Part shown: positions 37,878 through 46,967 of the stretch, one piece after another | Layout of the letters: every line of letters begins with the position of its first letter | Numbering within the stretch: the stretch's first letter is position 1 | Assembly (NCBI GenBank): GCA_028716665.1 | Contig: JAQUPP010000002.1 | Span: 75,717 to 139,716, forward strand | Direction of reading: 5' to 3' | DNA: 64,000 bases | DNA from: Patescibacteria group bacterium | Lineage (GTDB): Bacteria; Patescibacteriota; Patescibacteriia; UBA2591; JAQUPP01 | Translations under genes and position numbers: made by a program | Notes under the pieces: model-generated | Database searches by the model: none | What the model saw: only the letters and a program-made list of their open reading frames with translations | What the model was told of the DNA's origin: nothing

Positions 37878-38513
37878 ATGGGACATAAAGTTAATCCAAA
37901 AATTTTTCGTATACCGGTCATTAGAGAATGGGAATCAAAATGGTTTGCCAAAGACTTGAAATTTAGGCAATTCTTGAAAGAAGATGTGTTGATGAGAAAA
38001 TTTTTGGCTAAAAAATTTAAAAATTGCGGCATTTCCAAAGTTATTATTGAAAGATCGGTTAATATTATAAGAATTATTATTCATACGGCCAAACCGGGAT
38101 TGATCATCGGCAAGGGAGGTATTGATATTGAAAAACTTAAGACAGAATTAAAAAAGAGTTTTATTCCAAAAGATATTTCGCTTGAAGTTAATGTTCTTGA
38201 AGAAGGCGCTCCGATGTTGTCGGCTGCTTGCTTGCTTGAAACCGCGATTGCCGAAGTGGAAAAAAGAACTCCAATTCGCCGAGTAATGAAAAAAACTCTC
38301 AAGGTAGCGCAAACTGGCGGAGCATTGGGAGCTAAAATTGTTGTAGGAGGAAGATTGGGAGGAGCTGAAATCGCCAGAGTTGAAAAATTAACTTGGGGTA
38401 AACTCCCACTTCATACATTAAGAGCGGATATAGATTATTCCAGGGGAGTCGCCCATACTCTTTATGGAGCGATAGGCCTAAAAGTTTGGGTTTATAAAGG
38501 ATTAAAATTTTAA
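37878..38513 (+). CDS. rpsC: 30S ribosomal protein uS3
   Basis: MGHKVNP, KPGLIIGKGG, LPLHTLRADIDY. Confidence 0.98.
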   Translation: MGHKVNPKIFRIPVIREWESKWFAKDLKFRQFLKEDVLMRKFLAKKFKNCGISKVIIERSVNIIRIIIHTAKPGLIIGKGGIDIEKLKTELKKSFIPKDISLEVNVLEEGAPMLSAACLLETAIAEVEKRTPIRRVMKKTLKVAQTGGALGAKIVVGGRLGGAEIARVEKLTWGKLPLHTLRADIDYSRGVAHTLYGAIGLKVWVYKGLKF

Positions 38514-38518
38514 TTAGG

Positions 38519-38554
38519 TCTAAGAAGCTAAAAAGCTAATTCCTAAAAAGCTAA
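38519..38554 (+). repeat. 36-bp repeat, exact copy of 40171-40206
   Basis: tctaagaagctaaaaagctaattcctaaaaagctaa directly before the rplP ATG. Confidence 0.9.
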
Positions 38555-38556
38555 TT

Positions 38557-38967
38557 ATGTTAATGCCACGAAAGGTAAAATATAGAAAAATGCATAAAGG
38601 GCGCCGACGCAATAAAAATTTGGCTTGTACCAAGGTTAGTTTGAATTTTGGAGAATACGGATTAAAAGGACTCGAAGCTTGCTGGATTACGGCTCGTCAA
38701 ATTGAAGCGGCTCGTCGTACTATCACTCGTTTTTTACACAAGGGTGGGAAAGTTTGGATTAGAGTTTTTCCTGATAAATCCGTAACTATGAAAGGAGCTG
38801 AAACTCCAATGGGCGGAGGAAAAGGAGCGGTTGACCATTATGTGGCAATTGTTAGAGCCGGAACTATTTTATTTGAAATTACCGGCGTGGATGAAGTAAC
38901 AGCCAAAGAAGCATTAACTTTAGCTTCTCATAAATTACCCATTAAAACTAAATTTTTGAAAAAATAA
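38557..38967 (+). CDS. rplP: 50S ribosomal protein uL16
   Basis: [26 protein letters not shown]. Confidence 0.98.
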   Translation: MLMPRKVKYRKMHKGRRRNKNLACTKVSLNFGEYGLKGLEACWITARQIEAARRTITRFLHKGGKVWIRVFPDKSVTMKGAETPMGGGKGAVDHYVAIVRAGTILFEITGVDEVTAKEALTLASHKLPIKTKFLKK

Positions 38968-38970
38968 ATT

Positions 38971-39156
38971 ATGAAAGTTAAAGAATTACGCCAAAAATCA
39001 AATGCTGAACTTACCGCTTTATTGGCGGATTTGAAAGAAAAATATCGCGGATTTCGTTTTGATATTCAATTGAAACAACAGAAAAATGTTAAAGAAATAG
39101 ATAAAGTTAAAAAAACAATTGCTAGAATCCTTACTATTTTAAAAGAAAAAATATGA
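38971..39156 (+). CDS. rpmC: 50S ribosomal protein uL29
   Basis: ELRQKS..EL, KKTIARILT; position. Confidence 0.93.
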   Translation: MKVKELRQKSNAELTALLADLKEKYRGFRFDIQLKQQKNVKEIDKVKKTIARILTILKEKI

Positions 39157-39386
39157 AAAGAGTTTTTAAAGGCATTGTAACAAGCAATAAGATGCAGAAA
39201 ACAATCGTTGTTAAGATTGATCGGATTAAGATACATCCATTATACAAAAAAAGATATAAATTCAGCAGAAAATATAAAGTTCATGATCCTAAAAATGAAG
39301 CTAAAATAGGACAGACTGTTGTTTTCGCAGAATGCAGGCCTTTATCTAAAGATAAAAAATGGAAATTAGTGGAGGTGGTTAAATAA
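39153..39386 (+). CDS. rpsQ: 30S ribosomal protein uS17
   Basis: KMQKTIVV, HPLYKK, ECRPLSK.K.W. Confidence 0.97.
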   Translation: MKRVFKGIVTSNKMQKTIVVKIDRIKIHPLYKKRYKFSRKYKVHDPKNEAKIGQTVVFAECRPLSKDKKWKLVEVVK

Positions 39387-39401
39387 AAATAAAATTATTT
39401 T

Positions 39402-39773
39402 ATGATTCAAGATAGATCAATTATAAAAGTAGCGGATAACACCGGAGCGAAAGAGCTGAGAGTTATTCATGTTTTTAAAGGATACAAAAGACGTTACGGC
39501 GGAATAGGGGATATTTTTACAGCTTCAATTCAAAGGGCCGTTCCTCATACTATGGTTAAAAAAGGAGAAGTGGTTCAGGCAGTTTTAATCAGAAGCAGAA
39601 AAGAAATAAGAAGACCGTCGGGAATCTATATCAGATTTGAAGATAACGCAGCGGTTATTATTGATAAAAAATCCAAAGAACCGCGCGGTACCAGAATTTT
39701 TGGCCCGGTAGCCAGAGAATTAAGAGATAAAGAATTCACTAAAATTATTTCCATGGCTCCGGAAGTGTTATAA
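39402..39773 (+). CDS. rplN: 50S ribosomal protein uL14
   Basis: [27 protein letters not shown]. Confidence 0.98.
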   Translation: MIQDRSIIKVADNTGAKELRVIHVFKGYKRRYGGIGDIFTASIQRAVPHTMVKKGEVVQAVLIRSRKEIRRPSGIYIRFEDNAAVIIDKKSKEPRGTRIFGPVARELRDKEFTKIISMAPEVL

Positions 39774-39792
39774 TTTAGAATAAATTTTTGTT

Positions 39793-40101
39793 ATGAAAAT
39801 TAGAAAAGGAGATACAGTAAAAATGATGCAAGGTAAAGATCGCGGCAAAAAAGGCCGGGTAGTTAAGGTTTTCCCGCAAGAGAATAAAATTATGGTTGAA
39901 GAAATCAATATGGTGATTAAACATGTAAGAGCTAAGCGTGAAAATGAAAAAGGCCAACGAATCAGAAAACCAATGCCATTTAACGCTTCAAGAGTTTTAC
40001 TTGTTTGCCCAAAATGCGCTCAAACCATCAGAATTGCTTCAAAAGTATTGGCTGATGGAAGAAAAATAAGATTTTGCAAGAAATGTAAAGAAGTAATATA
40101 A
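39793..40101 (+). CDS. rplX: 50S ribosomal protein uL24
   Basis: KIRKGDTV..GKDRGK.G.V KOW motif. Confidence 0.97.
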   Translation: MKIRKGDTVKMMQGKDRGKKGRVVKVFPQENKIMVEEINMVIKHVRAKRENEKGQRIRKPMPFNASRVLLVCPKCAQTIRIASKVLADGRKIRFCKKCKEVI

Positions 40102-40104
40102 ATC

Positions 40105-40206
40105 AGCTTCTTAGCTGGTAGCTTCTTAGCTTTTTAGGGCTAGAAACTACAAAACCAACTTTAAAAATTTTCTAAGAAGCTAAAAAGCTAATTCCTAAAA
40201 AGCTAA
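40105..40206. repeat. Empty inverted pair of 8-nt tandem arrays between rplX and rplE
   Basis: Left agcttcttagctggtagcttcttagctttttag is complementary to right ctaagaagctaaaaagct... Confidence 0.8.
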
Positions 40207-40209
40207 AAT

Positions 40210-40755
40210 ATGAATTTAAAAACAAAATATTTAAAAGAAGCGGTTCCGGCCATGAAAGAAAAATTTGGCTATAAGAATGATATGGCGGTTCCGAAAATAA
40301 AAAAAGTGACGATTAATATCGGTTTAAATCGTGCAATAATGGAAAAAGATCAGAAATTTGTTGATTTGACTACTGATACGATATTGAGAATTACCGGACA
40401 ACAACCGGTTAAAACTTTATCTCAAAAATCAATTGCCGGTTTTAAAATCAGACAAGGACTTGTTGTCGGCTTGAAAGTTACCTTAAGAGGATCTAAAATG
40501 TATGATTTTTTGGAAAAATTAATTAAAATATCTTTTCCAAGAACAAGAGATTTCAGGGGTATTTCAATGAATAACGTTGATAAACAAGGTAACTTATCAA
40601 TCGGACTGAAGGAACAAATTGTTTTTCCTGAAATATCTCCGGAAAGCATCACTAAAGTTCACGGTCTTGAAATTATTATCACCACTTCAGCTAAAGAAAA
40701 AGAAAAAGGAATTGAACTTTTTAAACTAATAGGATTTCCATTCAAAAAATCTTAA
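40210..40755 (+). CDS. rplE: 50S ribosomal protein uL5
   Basis: ITGQQP, SIAGFKIRQG, KVTLRG, PRTRDFRG. Confidence 0.98.
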   Translation: MNLKTKYLKEAVPAMKEKFGYKNDMAVPKIKKVTINIGLNRAIMEKDQKFVDLTTDTILRITGQQPVKTLSQKSIAGFKIRQGLVVGLKVTLRGSKMYDFLEKLIKISFPRTRDFRGISMNNVDKQGNLSIGLKEQIVFPEISPESITKVHGLEIIITTSAKEKEKGIELFKLIGFPFKKS

Positions 40756-40757
40756 TT

Positions 40758-40943
40758 ATGGCAATTTTATCACAAATTTTAAAATCTCAAAGAAAACCTA
40801 AATTTGGAACGCGAATTGTCCGACGCTGTTGGCGTTGCGGCAGAAAAAGGGGATACATGAGAGATTTTGATTTATGCAGAATTTGTTTCCGAGAATTAGC
40901 CACCAAGGGTGCTATTCCCGGCATCAGAAAGAGCAGCTGGTAA
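40758..40943 (+). CDS. rpsN: 30S ribosomal protein uS14 (Zn-binding type Z)
   Basis: RCWRCGR......F.LCRICFRE.A..G.IPG..KSSW. Confidence 0.97.
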   Translation: MAILSQILKSQRKPKFGTRIVRRCWRCGRKRGYMRDFDLCRICFRELATKGAIPGIRKSSW

Positions 40944-41063
40944 GTTCATAAGTTAGTAAGTAGATAAGTTAAGAATTTAATGAAACATAACTTATATAAA
41001 TAAACTTAAAAATTTAAAAAAACTTATAAACTTATAATCTTAGTAAGCTTATAAACTTAATTT
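40941..41063. repeat. Empty inverted pair of 8-nt tandem arrays between rpsN and rpsH
   Basis: Left taagttca taagttag taagtaga taagtt; right aacttata aacttata atcttagta agcttata aactta. Confidence 0.75.
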
Positions 41064-41486
41064 ATGGTAGATCCAATCGCAGATTTATTAACAAGAATTA
41101 GAAATGCCTCAGCGGTGAGAAAAGCTGAAGTTATTTTACCTTACTCTAAAATTAAATTTGAGATGGTAAGTCTTTTAGAGAGAGAGGGGTTGATTGAAAA
41201 AGCTGAAATTACTGAAGCTGATTCAAAGAAAAATAAAGATGTTTTAGCGGCTAATTTTAAACAAATTAAAATAATTTTAAAATATAGCAGAAACGGACAA
41301 TCGGCTATCACTAATTTAAAGCGTGTTTCCACTCCCGGCAGACGGATTTATGTTAAAAAAGGCAGAGCGCCAAGAGTATTGGATGGATTGGGAATATCAA
41401 TTTTAACCACTTCTCAAGGCATTATGACCAATAAAGAAGCGTACAAAAAGGGTTTAGGAGGAGAATTAATTTGTCAAATTTGGTAA
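41064..41486 (+). CDS. rpsH: 30S ribosomal protein uS8
   Basis: DPIADLLTRIRNA, RVSTPGRRIY, GGELIC. Confidence 0.98.
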   Translation: MVDPIADLLTRIRNASAVRKAEVILPYSKIKFEMVSLLEREGLIEKAEITEADSKKNKDVLAANFKQIKIILKYSRNGQSAITNLKRVSTPGRRIYVKKGRAPRVLDGLGISILTTSQGIMTNKEAYKKGLGGELICQIW

Positions 41487-41495
41487 TTAAATTAT

Positions 41496-42044
41496 ATGTC
41501 ACGTATCGGAAAAAAAATTATTTCTATTCCGCAAGGAACAGAAGTCAAAATTAAAGATCAGCATATTTCTGTAAAGGGGCCGAAGGGGACCATGGATTTG
41601 GATTTTCCTTCTTTTATAATGGTTAAAAGTGAAAATAATGAAATATTGGTAACAGTGACAAATCCCGAAGATAAGACAGAAAGATCTTTATGGGGAACTA
41701 TGAATCGATTGATTTCGAATATGGTTCATGGAACTAAAAATGGATTTGAGAAAAAACTTGAATTAGTGGGTATTGGTTTTAAGGCCCAGGTAACCGGTCA
41801 AAAATTAACTTTAAACATAGGTTTTTCCCATCCGGTGGAATTTCCTTTTTCAAAAGATATTGAAATAAAAATAGAGAAAAATATTCTTACTATTGGCGGA
41901 ATTGACAAGCAGGCAGTTGGCAATGTAGCCGCTAAAATAAGAAAATTAAAACCACCGGAGCCTTATAAGGGGACTGGTATCAGATATCTTGGTGAGGTTG
42001 TGAAGAAGAAGGCAGGTAAAAAAGTCTCAGCTACATCTTCCTAA
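41496..42044 (+). CDS. rplF: 50S ribosomal protein uL6
   Basis: MSRIGKK, VKGPKG, GFSHPV, PEPYKG. Confidence 0.98.
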   Translation: MSRIGKKIISIPQGTEVKIKDQHISVKGPKGTMDLDFPSFIMVKSENNEILVTVTNPEDKTERSLWGTMNRLISNMVHGTKNGFEKKLELVGIGFKAQVTGQKLTLNIGFSHPVEFPFSKDIEIKIEKNILTIGGIDKQAVGNVAAKIRKLKPPEPYKGTGIRYLGEVVKKKAGKKVSATSS

Positions 42045-42061
42045 AATATAAATAAAAAATT

Positions 42062-42445
42062 ATGGCTACTGATTCTAAAATATTATTACGAAAAAAGAGG
42101 CATCTTCGCATTCGAGCGAAGATTAAAGGGACGGCGGAACGCCCCAGACTTTCTGTTTTTAAAAGTAATAAATATATTTACGCTCAATTGATTGATGACG
42201 ACAAAGGAGTAACTCTTGAATCGGCTTGCAGTTTGAATTTAAAGAAAAGCAGTGATAAAATGGAAACTAATGAAAAATATTCCACCGGTAAAAAAGCAGT
42301 TGCTTTTTTAGTCGGACAGTTAATCGCTAAAAAAGGATTAGAAAAGGGAACCAAAGAAGTTGTTTTTGATAGAGGGGGATATAAATATCAAGGTAGAATA
42401 GAAGCAATAGCCGAAGGAGCCAGAGCGGGCGGATTGAAATTTTAA
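42062..42445 (+). CDS. rplR: 50S ribosomal protein uL18
   Basis: [25 protein letters not shown]. Confidence 0.98.
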   Translation: MATDSKILLRKKRHLRIRAKIKGTAERPRLSVFKSNKYIYAQLIDDDKGVTLESACSLNLKKSSDKMETNEKYSTGKKAVAFLVGQLIAKKGLEKGTKEVVFDRGGYKYQGRIEAIAEGARAGGLKF

Positions 42446-42474
42446 TTTTAATATTGAAATACTAAAAATTTAAT

Positions 42475-42960
42475 ATGATGCAACAAAGATCAAATCGTAG
42501 AAATGCCTCTGAATCAAAAGTTGAGCCTGAATTCAAACAACAATTGATTGAATTGGCCAGGGTAACCAGGGTGGTCCAGGGCGGAAAACGCATGAGTTTT
42601 CGCGCTTGTATTGCTATTGGCAATTGCAAGGGTGATGTTGGCGTGGGAGTGGCAAAAGGCGCTGATGTATCTTTAGCTATGACAAAGGCCACAAGAGAAG
42701 CAAACAAAAATTTAATTAAAATACCTATTACTGACGAAACTATTCCTCATTGGGTGAAAGTTAAAGAAGGATCGGCGGTAATTTTATTAAGACCGGCGGA
42801 GAAAGGACACGGGATTGTGGCGGGCGGAGTATCCAGAGTTATACTGGCCTTAACCGGTATTAAAAATATCACTGCTAAAACATTAGGTTCTCGCAATAAA
42901 ATTAATAATGCTAGGGCGACAATTAAAGCCCTTCAAGCTTTAAGATATGATAGAATATAA
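42475..42960 (+). CDS. rpsE: 30S ribosomal protein uS5
   Basis: RVTRVVQGGKR..F, LRPA..G.GIVAGG. Confidence 0.98.
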   Translation: MMQQRSNRRNASESKVEPEFKQQLIELARVTRVVQGGKRMSFRACIAIGNCKGDVGVGVAKGADVSLAMTKATREANKNLIKIPITDETIPHWVKVKEGSAVILLRPAEKGHGIVAGGVSRVILALTGIKNITAKTLGSRNKINNARATIKALQALRYDRI

Positions 42961-42962
42961 TT

Positions 42963-43454
42963 ATGGCTATTTCTTTATCAAAATTAACTCCTAAAATTAA
43001 TTCTCGTCATCGCAGAAAAGTTGTCGGCAGAGGCAATGCCTCAGGACACGGCTGCTATTCATGTCGCGGATTAAAAGGACAAAGAGCAAGAACAGGTGGC
43101 AAAAGAAAATTAAAACTTATGGGATTTAAAACTGTTTTAAGGCGCATCCCAAAGTTGGGAGGCTTTAAAAGTATTTATCCTAAATTAGTTGTAATAAATT
43201 TAGACATATTGGAGAAAAAATTCAGCAATGAAGCGACAATTGACCCGGAAAAATTGGTTGAAATCGGTTTGGTTAAGAAAATGCAAAAATCAAACGGAAT
43301 AAAAATTTTAGGCAATGGTAAGTTAACCAAAAAATTTATCGTTAAAGCGCAGGCCTTTTCTAAATCGGCTACTGAAGCCATTGAAAAAGCCGGCGGCCAA
43401 GCGATTAAAATAACGGTTTTGTCTGCAAAGGCAAGTCCGAAGGACGAAGCCTGA
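42963..43454 (+). CDS. rplO: 50S ribosomal protein uL15
   Basis: GRGNASG.G....RG.KGQRAR, KILGNG, FSKSA..AIEKAGG. Confidence 0.97.
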   Translation: MAISLSKLTPKINSRHRRKVVGRGNASGHGCYSCRGLKGQRARTGGKRKLKLMGFKTVLRRIPKLGGFKSIYPKLVVINLDILEKKFSNEATIDPEKLVEIGLVKKMQKSNGIKILGNGKLTKKFIVKAQAFSKSATEAIEKAGGQAIKITVLSAKASPKDEA

Positions 43455-43470
43455 GTAGAAACAAAACCCT

Positions 43471-43588
43471 TACCCCCTCCTTTATCTCAACGATAAACTT
43501 TCGATAATCGTTAAGATAAAAGGCGAAGCCGCTTCGCTTACGGCGTATCGTAAAAGGATAGACCCCCGATGGAGTAAAGAAGGGGGTA
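43471..43588. mobile_element. MITE-like inverted-repeat element between rplO and secY
   Basis: taccccctcctttatctc / ggagtaaagaagggggta termini, internal hairpins (gcgaagccgcttcgc). Confidence 0.55.
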
Positions 43589-43654
43589 CGCAAAATTGTA
43601 GTTAAAAATTTTGCTCCGCCAGCTGGTGGATTAAATAAATTAAATAATTTTGGT

Positions 43655-44929
43655 ATGTTGGAAAAATTAAGGAGAATTTGGGATATCAGAGAATTGAGAA
43701 AAAAACTGCTTTTTGTTATAGGAATGCTGGTTGTTTTTAGAATTGCCGCTCATATTCCGGTTCCCGGAATTAACGTGGCCAATCTTCAAGATTTTTTCTC
43801 CCGTAATCAGGTTTTGGGCATGTTGAATATTCTCTCCGGTGGAGCAATGAGTAATTTTTCTTTAGTCGCTTTAGGCGTTGGTCCTTATATCACCGCCTCT
43901 ATTATTATGCAGCTTTTAACAATGATCGTGCCTCGCCTTGAAGCTTTAAGCAAAGAGGGTTCAACCGGTTATCAAAAAATTAATCAATATTCCAGATTAA
44001 TTACCGTACCTTTAGCAATTCTTCAAGCTTACGCCATGATTATGATTTTTAAACAATCAAGTCAGCATTTGATTGAATTCACTTCAAAAATACAGATGAT
44101 TAATACCATCATTATTATGACGGCTGGAACTATTTTCCTGATGTGGATAGGTGAACTTATTACTGAAAAGAAAGTAGGTAATGGTATTTCTTTAATCATT
44201 TTTGCCGGTATCGTTGAACAATTGCCGATTTCTTTGCAGCAATCAATTGTTACTTTTGACAAAGCGCAAATTTTTAATTTTTTAATACTCGGTATCTTGG
44301 CTTTAATTACAATTGCCGGAGTTGTCCTTTTAACCGAAGGACAAAGAAATATTCCGGTTACTTATGCTCGCAGAATTCGCGGTAATAGAATGTTTGGCGG
44401 AATGGACACATACTTGCCGTTAAAAGTTAATCAAGCAGGAATGATCCCGATCATCTTTGCTATTTCAATTGTCTTGTTTCCCGGTTTTATCGGCCAATTA
44501 ATGGGTCGGTCGGGTACGGCTTGGATCGCCGGTTTAGGTTCGCATATGGTGACTCTTTTTCAAAATCAAATTATTTACGGTTTAAGCTATTTTATTTTAG
44601 TTGTTGCGTTCACTTATTTTTATACAAGTATTATTTTTCATCCGACTCAAATCGCTGATAATTTGCAAAAACAAGGTGGATTTGTACCGGGTCTTAGACC
44701 GGGTCAACCAACAGCAAGTTATCTGTCTTCAATCAGCAATCGAATTATGCTGGCAGGCGCAACCGCTTTGGGTCTTGTCGCCATTTTACCTATTATTACT
44801 CAAGGAGCTTTTAAAATAAATTCTTTCACTATCGGTGGTGCCGGTATTTTAATCGTCGTCAGTGTTGTTTTGGAAACGGTTAAACAGGTTCAATCTCAAA
44901 TTTCCATGTACGAATACGAAGATTTATAA
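43655..44929 (+). CDS. secY: Preprotein translocase SecY
   Basis: LGVGPYITASII.QLL, GNGISLIIFAGI, NQAGMIPIIFA, PGLRPG. Confidence 0.99.
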   Translation: MLEKLRRIWDIRELRKKLLFVIGMLVVFRIAAHIPVPGINVANLQDFFSRNQVLGMLNILSGGAMSNFSLVALGVGPYITASIIMQLLTMIVPRLEALSKEGSTGYQKINQYSRLITVPLAILQAYAMIMIFKQSSQHLIEFTSKIQMINTIIIMTAGTIFLMWIGELITEKKVGNGISLIIFAGIVEQLPISLQQSIVTFDKAQIFNFLILGILALITIAGVVLLTEGQRNIPVTYARRIRGNRMFGGMDTYLPLKVNQAGMIPIIFAISIVLFPGFIGQLMGRSGTAWIAGLGSHMVTLFQNQIIYGLSYFILVVAFTYFYTSIIFHPTQIADNLQKQGGFVPGLRPGQPTASYLSSISNRIMLAGATALGLVAILPIITQGAFKINSFTIGGAGILIVVSVVLETVKQVQSQISMYEYEDL

Positions 44930-44995
44930 TTTTTGAAATTTTAAAATTAGCCCTTGTCCTGTAAGGGGACCTTGGCAAAACAAAGGAGGTAAAAA

Positions 44996-45652
44996 ATGAA
45001 CAAATCTTTAAAAATTGTTTTGATCGGCCAACCTGGTTCCGGTAAAGGTACCCAGGTAGATTTAATACACAAAAATTTGGGATTGGTTCTGATTCCTTCA
45101 CCTGGAGATATTTATCGAGATCCGGAGTTCAGGAAAACAAAGTGGGGAGAAATTGTTGCTCCGATAATTGACAGAGGAGAATTCGCTCCGAATGATATAA
45201 CCAATCAGATTATGAAAGAGAAATTTGCCATTTTAACAGATAATGGCAAAACAGGATTTATTTCCGAAGGTTATCCTCGAACCATGGGTCAGGCTGAATT
45301 TACTGACAAAGAAATAGGTATTGATTTCTTGATTAATTTAGAGGTTCCTAAAGATATGATTGTAGGGAGATTGTCAGGCCGTCGCATTTGTCCGCAGTGT
45401 AAAAAAAATTATCATCTGGTTACTTTACCGCCAAAAAAAGATGAAATTTGTGACATTTGCCAGGTGTCTTTGGTGCAACGAGAAGATGACAAACCGGAAG
45501 CGATTACAAAAAGACTTGATGTTTATCATCAAACAGCCGAACCAACTATTGAATATTATCGCCGACAAAATAAGGTAATTGATATCAACGGCAATCAATC
45601 AGTGGAAAAGGTTTTTGAAGATATAAAACAGGCCTTAGAAAAATATCTATGA
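44996..45652 (+). CDS. adk: Adenylate kinase (Zn-lid)
   Basis: GQPGSGKGTQ, GYPRT..QA, RRICPQC...CDIC, QREDD. Confidence 0.93.
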   Translation: MNKSLKIVLIGQPGSGKGTQVDLIHKNLGLVLIPSPGDIYRDPEFRKTKWGEIVAPIIDRGEFAPNDITNQIMKEKFAILTDNGKTGFISEGYPRTMGQAEFTDKEIGIDFLINLEVPKDMIVGRLSGRRICPQCKKNYHLVTLPPKKDEICDICQVSLVQREDDKPEAITKRLDVYHQTAEPTIEYYRRQNKVIDINGNQSVEKVFEDIKQALEKYL

Positions 45653-46407
45653 TTCCTATTAAAGACGAAAGAGAGATTGAAATCATGCGCCAAGCTGGGC
45701 GCATTTTGTCTGAAGTAATAAAAAAAATCGTCCCGATGATTAATCGGGACGATTCTACTTTAAATTTGGATAAATTGGCCGAAAAATTGATTATTGAAGC
45801 CGGAGCGCAGCCTGCCTTTAAAGGTTACGGCTCGGGCCGAAATGCTTATCCGGCCACTCTTTGTATTTCCATAAATAATGAAGTTGTTCACGGCATACCC
45901 AGACAAGATAAAAAATTTAAACAAGGCGATATTGTCGGTTTGGATTGCGGGGTAAAATATAAGGGTTATTTTTCCGATATGGCGGTTACGGTGCCGGTGG
46001 GCAAGATTTCTCCCGAGGCGCAGCGCTTGATAAATGTAACTAAAAATTCTTTGAATTTGGCAATCAAAAAAATAAAACCAAATATTTATTTGGGCGATAT
46101 TTCTTATGAAATACAAAATTATGTGGAAAAAAATAAATTTTCCGTTGTTCGTCATTTTTGCGGTCATGGTATTGGCAAAGAACTTCACGAAGAACCTTCT
46201 ATTTTGAATTTTGGCAAAAAGGGGACTGGGCCTAAACTATTGCCGGGCATGGTCTTAGCTTTTGAGCCAATGGTTAATCAAGGCCGTTATGAAGTGGAGG
46301 TTTCAGGTGATGGATGGACTGTAGTGACTAAGGACGGCTCTTTATCCGCTCATTTTGAACACACGATTTTGGTCACCAAAAAGGGCTGCGAAGTTTTGAC
46401 CAGATAA
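45649..46407 (+). CDS. map: Methionine aminopeptidase type I
   Basis: NEVVHGIP, GHGIG..LHEEP, FEPM, SAHFEHT. Confidence 0.97.
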   Translation: MIPIKDEREIEIMRQAGRILSEVIKKIVPMINRDDSTLNLDKLAEKLIIEAGAQPAFKGYGSGRNAYPATLCISINNEVVHGIPRQDKKFKQGDIVGLDCGVKYKGYFSDMAVTVPVGKISPEAQRLINVTKNSLNLAIKKIKPNIYLGDISYEIQNYVEKNKFSVVRHFCGHGIGKELHEEPSILNFGKKGTGPKLLPGMVLAFEPMVNQGRYEVEVSGDGWTVVTKDGSLSAHFEHTILVTKKGCEVLTR

Positions 46408-46426
46408 TTTTAAATTATCTGGAAAG

Positions 46427-46456
46427 AAAAGGGACCGCTTTTGTGGCGGCCCTTTT
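46427..46456. terminator. Bidirectional terminator
   Basis: aaaaggg.ccgc / gcgg.ccctttt between convergent genes. Confidence 0.6.
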
Positions 46457-46458
46457 GA

Positions 46459-46887
46459 TTAATAGGTATAGAGACTACAATAGTCTATCCAATGTGGGTA
46501 TAGTCGTTTAGTAGCACTAAGACTACTATTATAATGTACGACTGGATTTGGTTTGTATATCTTTTCGTTAGTTTTTTGACGAAGAGAGTCAAGCCATTTT
46601 TGGTTTGCAATAATAGAATTTTCACAAATTCTTAGTATATCCAGTTCTTCTTCACTGGTTCTAATATCCTTGAGAGTCAAGCCGCCCTTTGTAAGTTCCT
46701 TTCTGAGTAAGTTAAGTTGATCATCATAGTTAGGAACTCCACCAAGACGAAGATGTTCGAGTAAACCATAAGCTGTTTTATAACTCTCGGTATGTGTAAC
46801 TTTATATCTCTTAATGAATTCGCTATCGTTTGTTACGCAAATTACTACGGTACAGAATATCCAAGTTTCAACCCAAAATTTTTTCAT
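46459..46887 (-). CDS. Hypothetical protein (ORFan cassette)
   Basis: Own TTGACA-16-TATAAT promoter and AGGGAGGGG SD. Confidence 0.65.
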   Translation of the reverse strand: MKKFWVETWIFCTVVICVTNDSEFIKRYKVTHTESYKTAYGLLEHLRLGGVPNYDDQLNLLRKELTKGGLTLKDIRTSEEELDILRICENSIIANQKWLDSLRQKTNEKIYKPNPVVHYNSSLSATKRLYPHWIDYCSLYTY

Positions 46888-46967
46888 TTTCCCCTCCCTT
46901 TTTTAAATAACCGGTTTATATTTTATATAAATATTATAGCAAATTTTTGCTTTTTGTCAAGATGAGA

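Noticed and set aside
38519-40206. CRISPR array from the 36-bp repeat
   Set aside because: There are only two copies, 1.6 kb apart and separated by ribosomal genes, and no cas genes.
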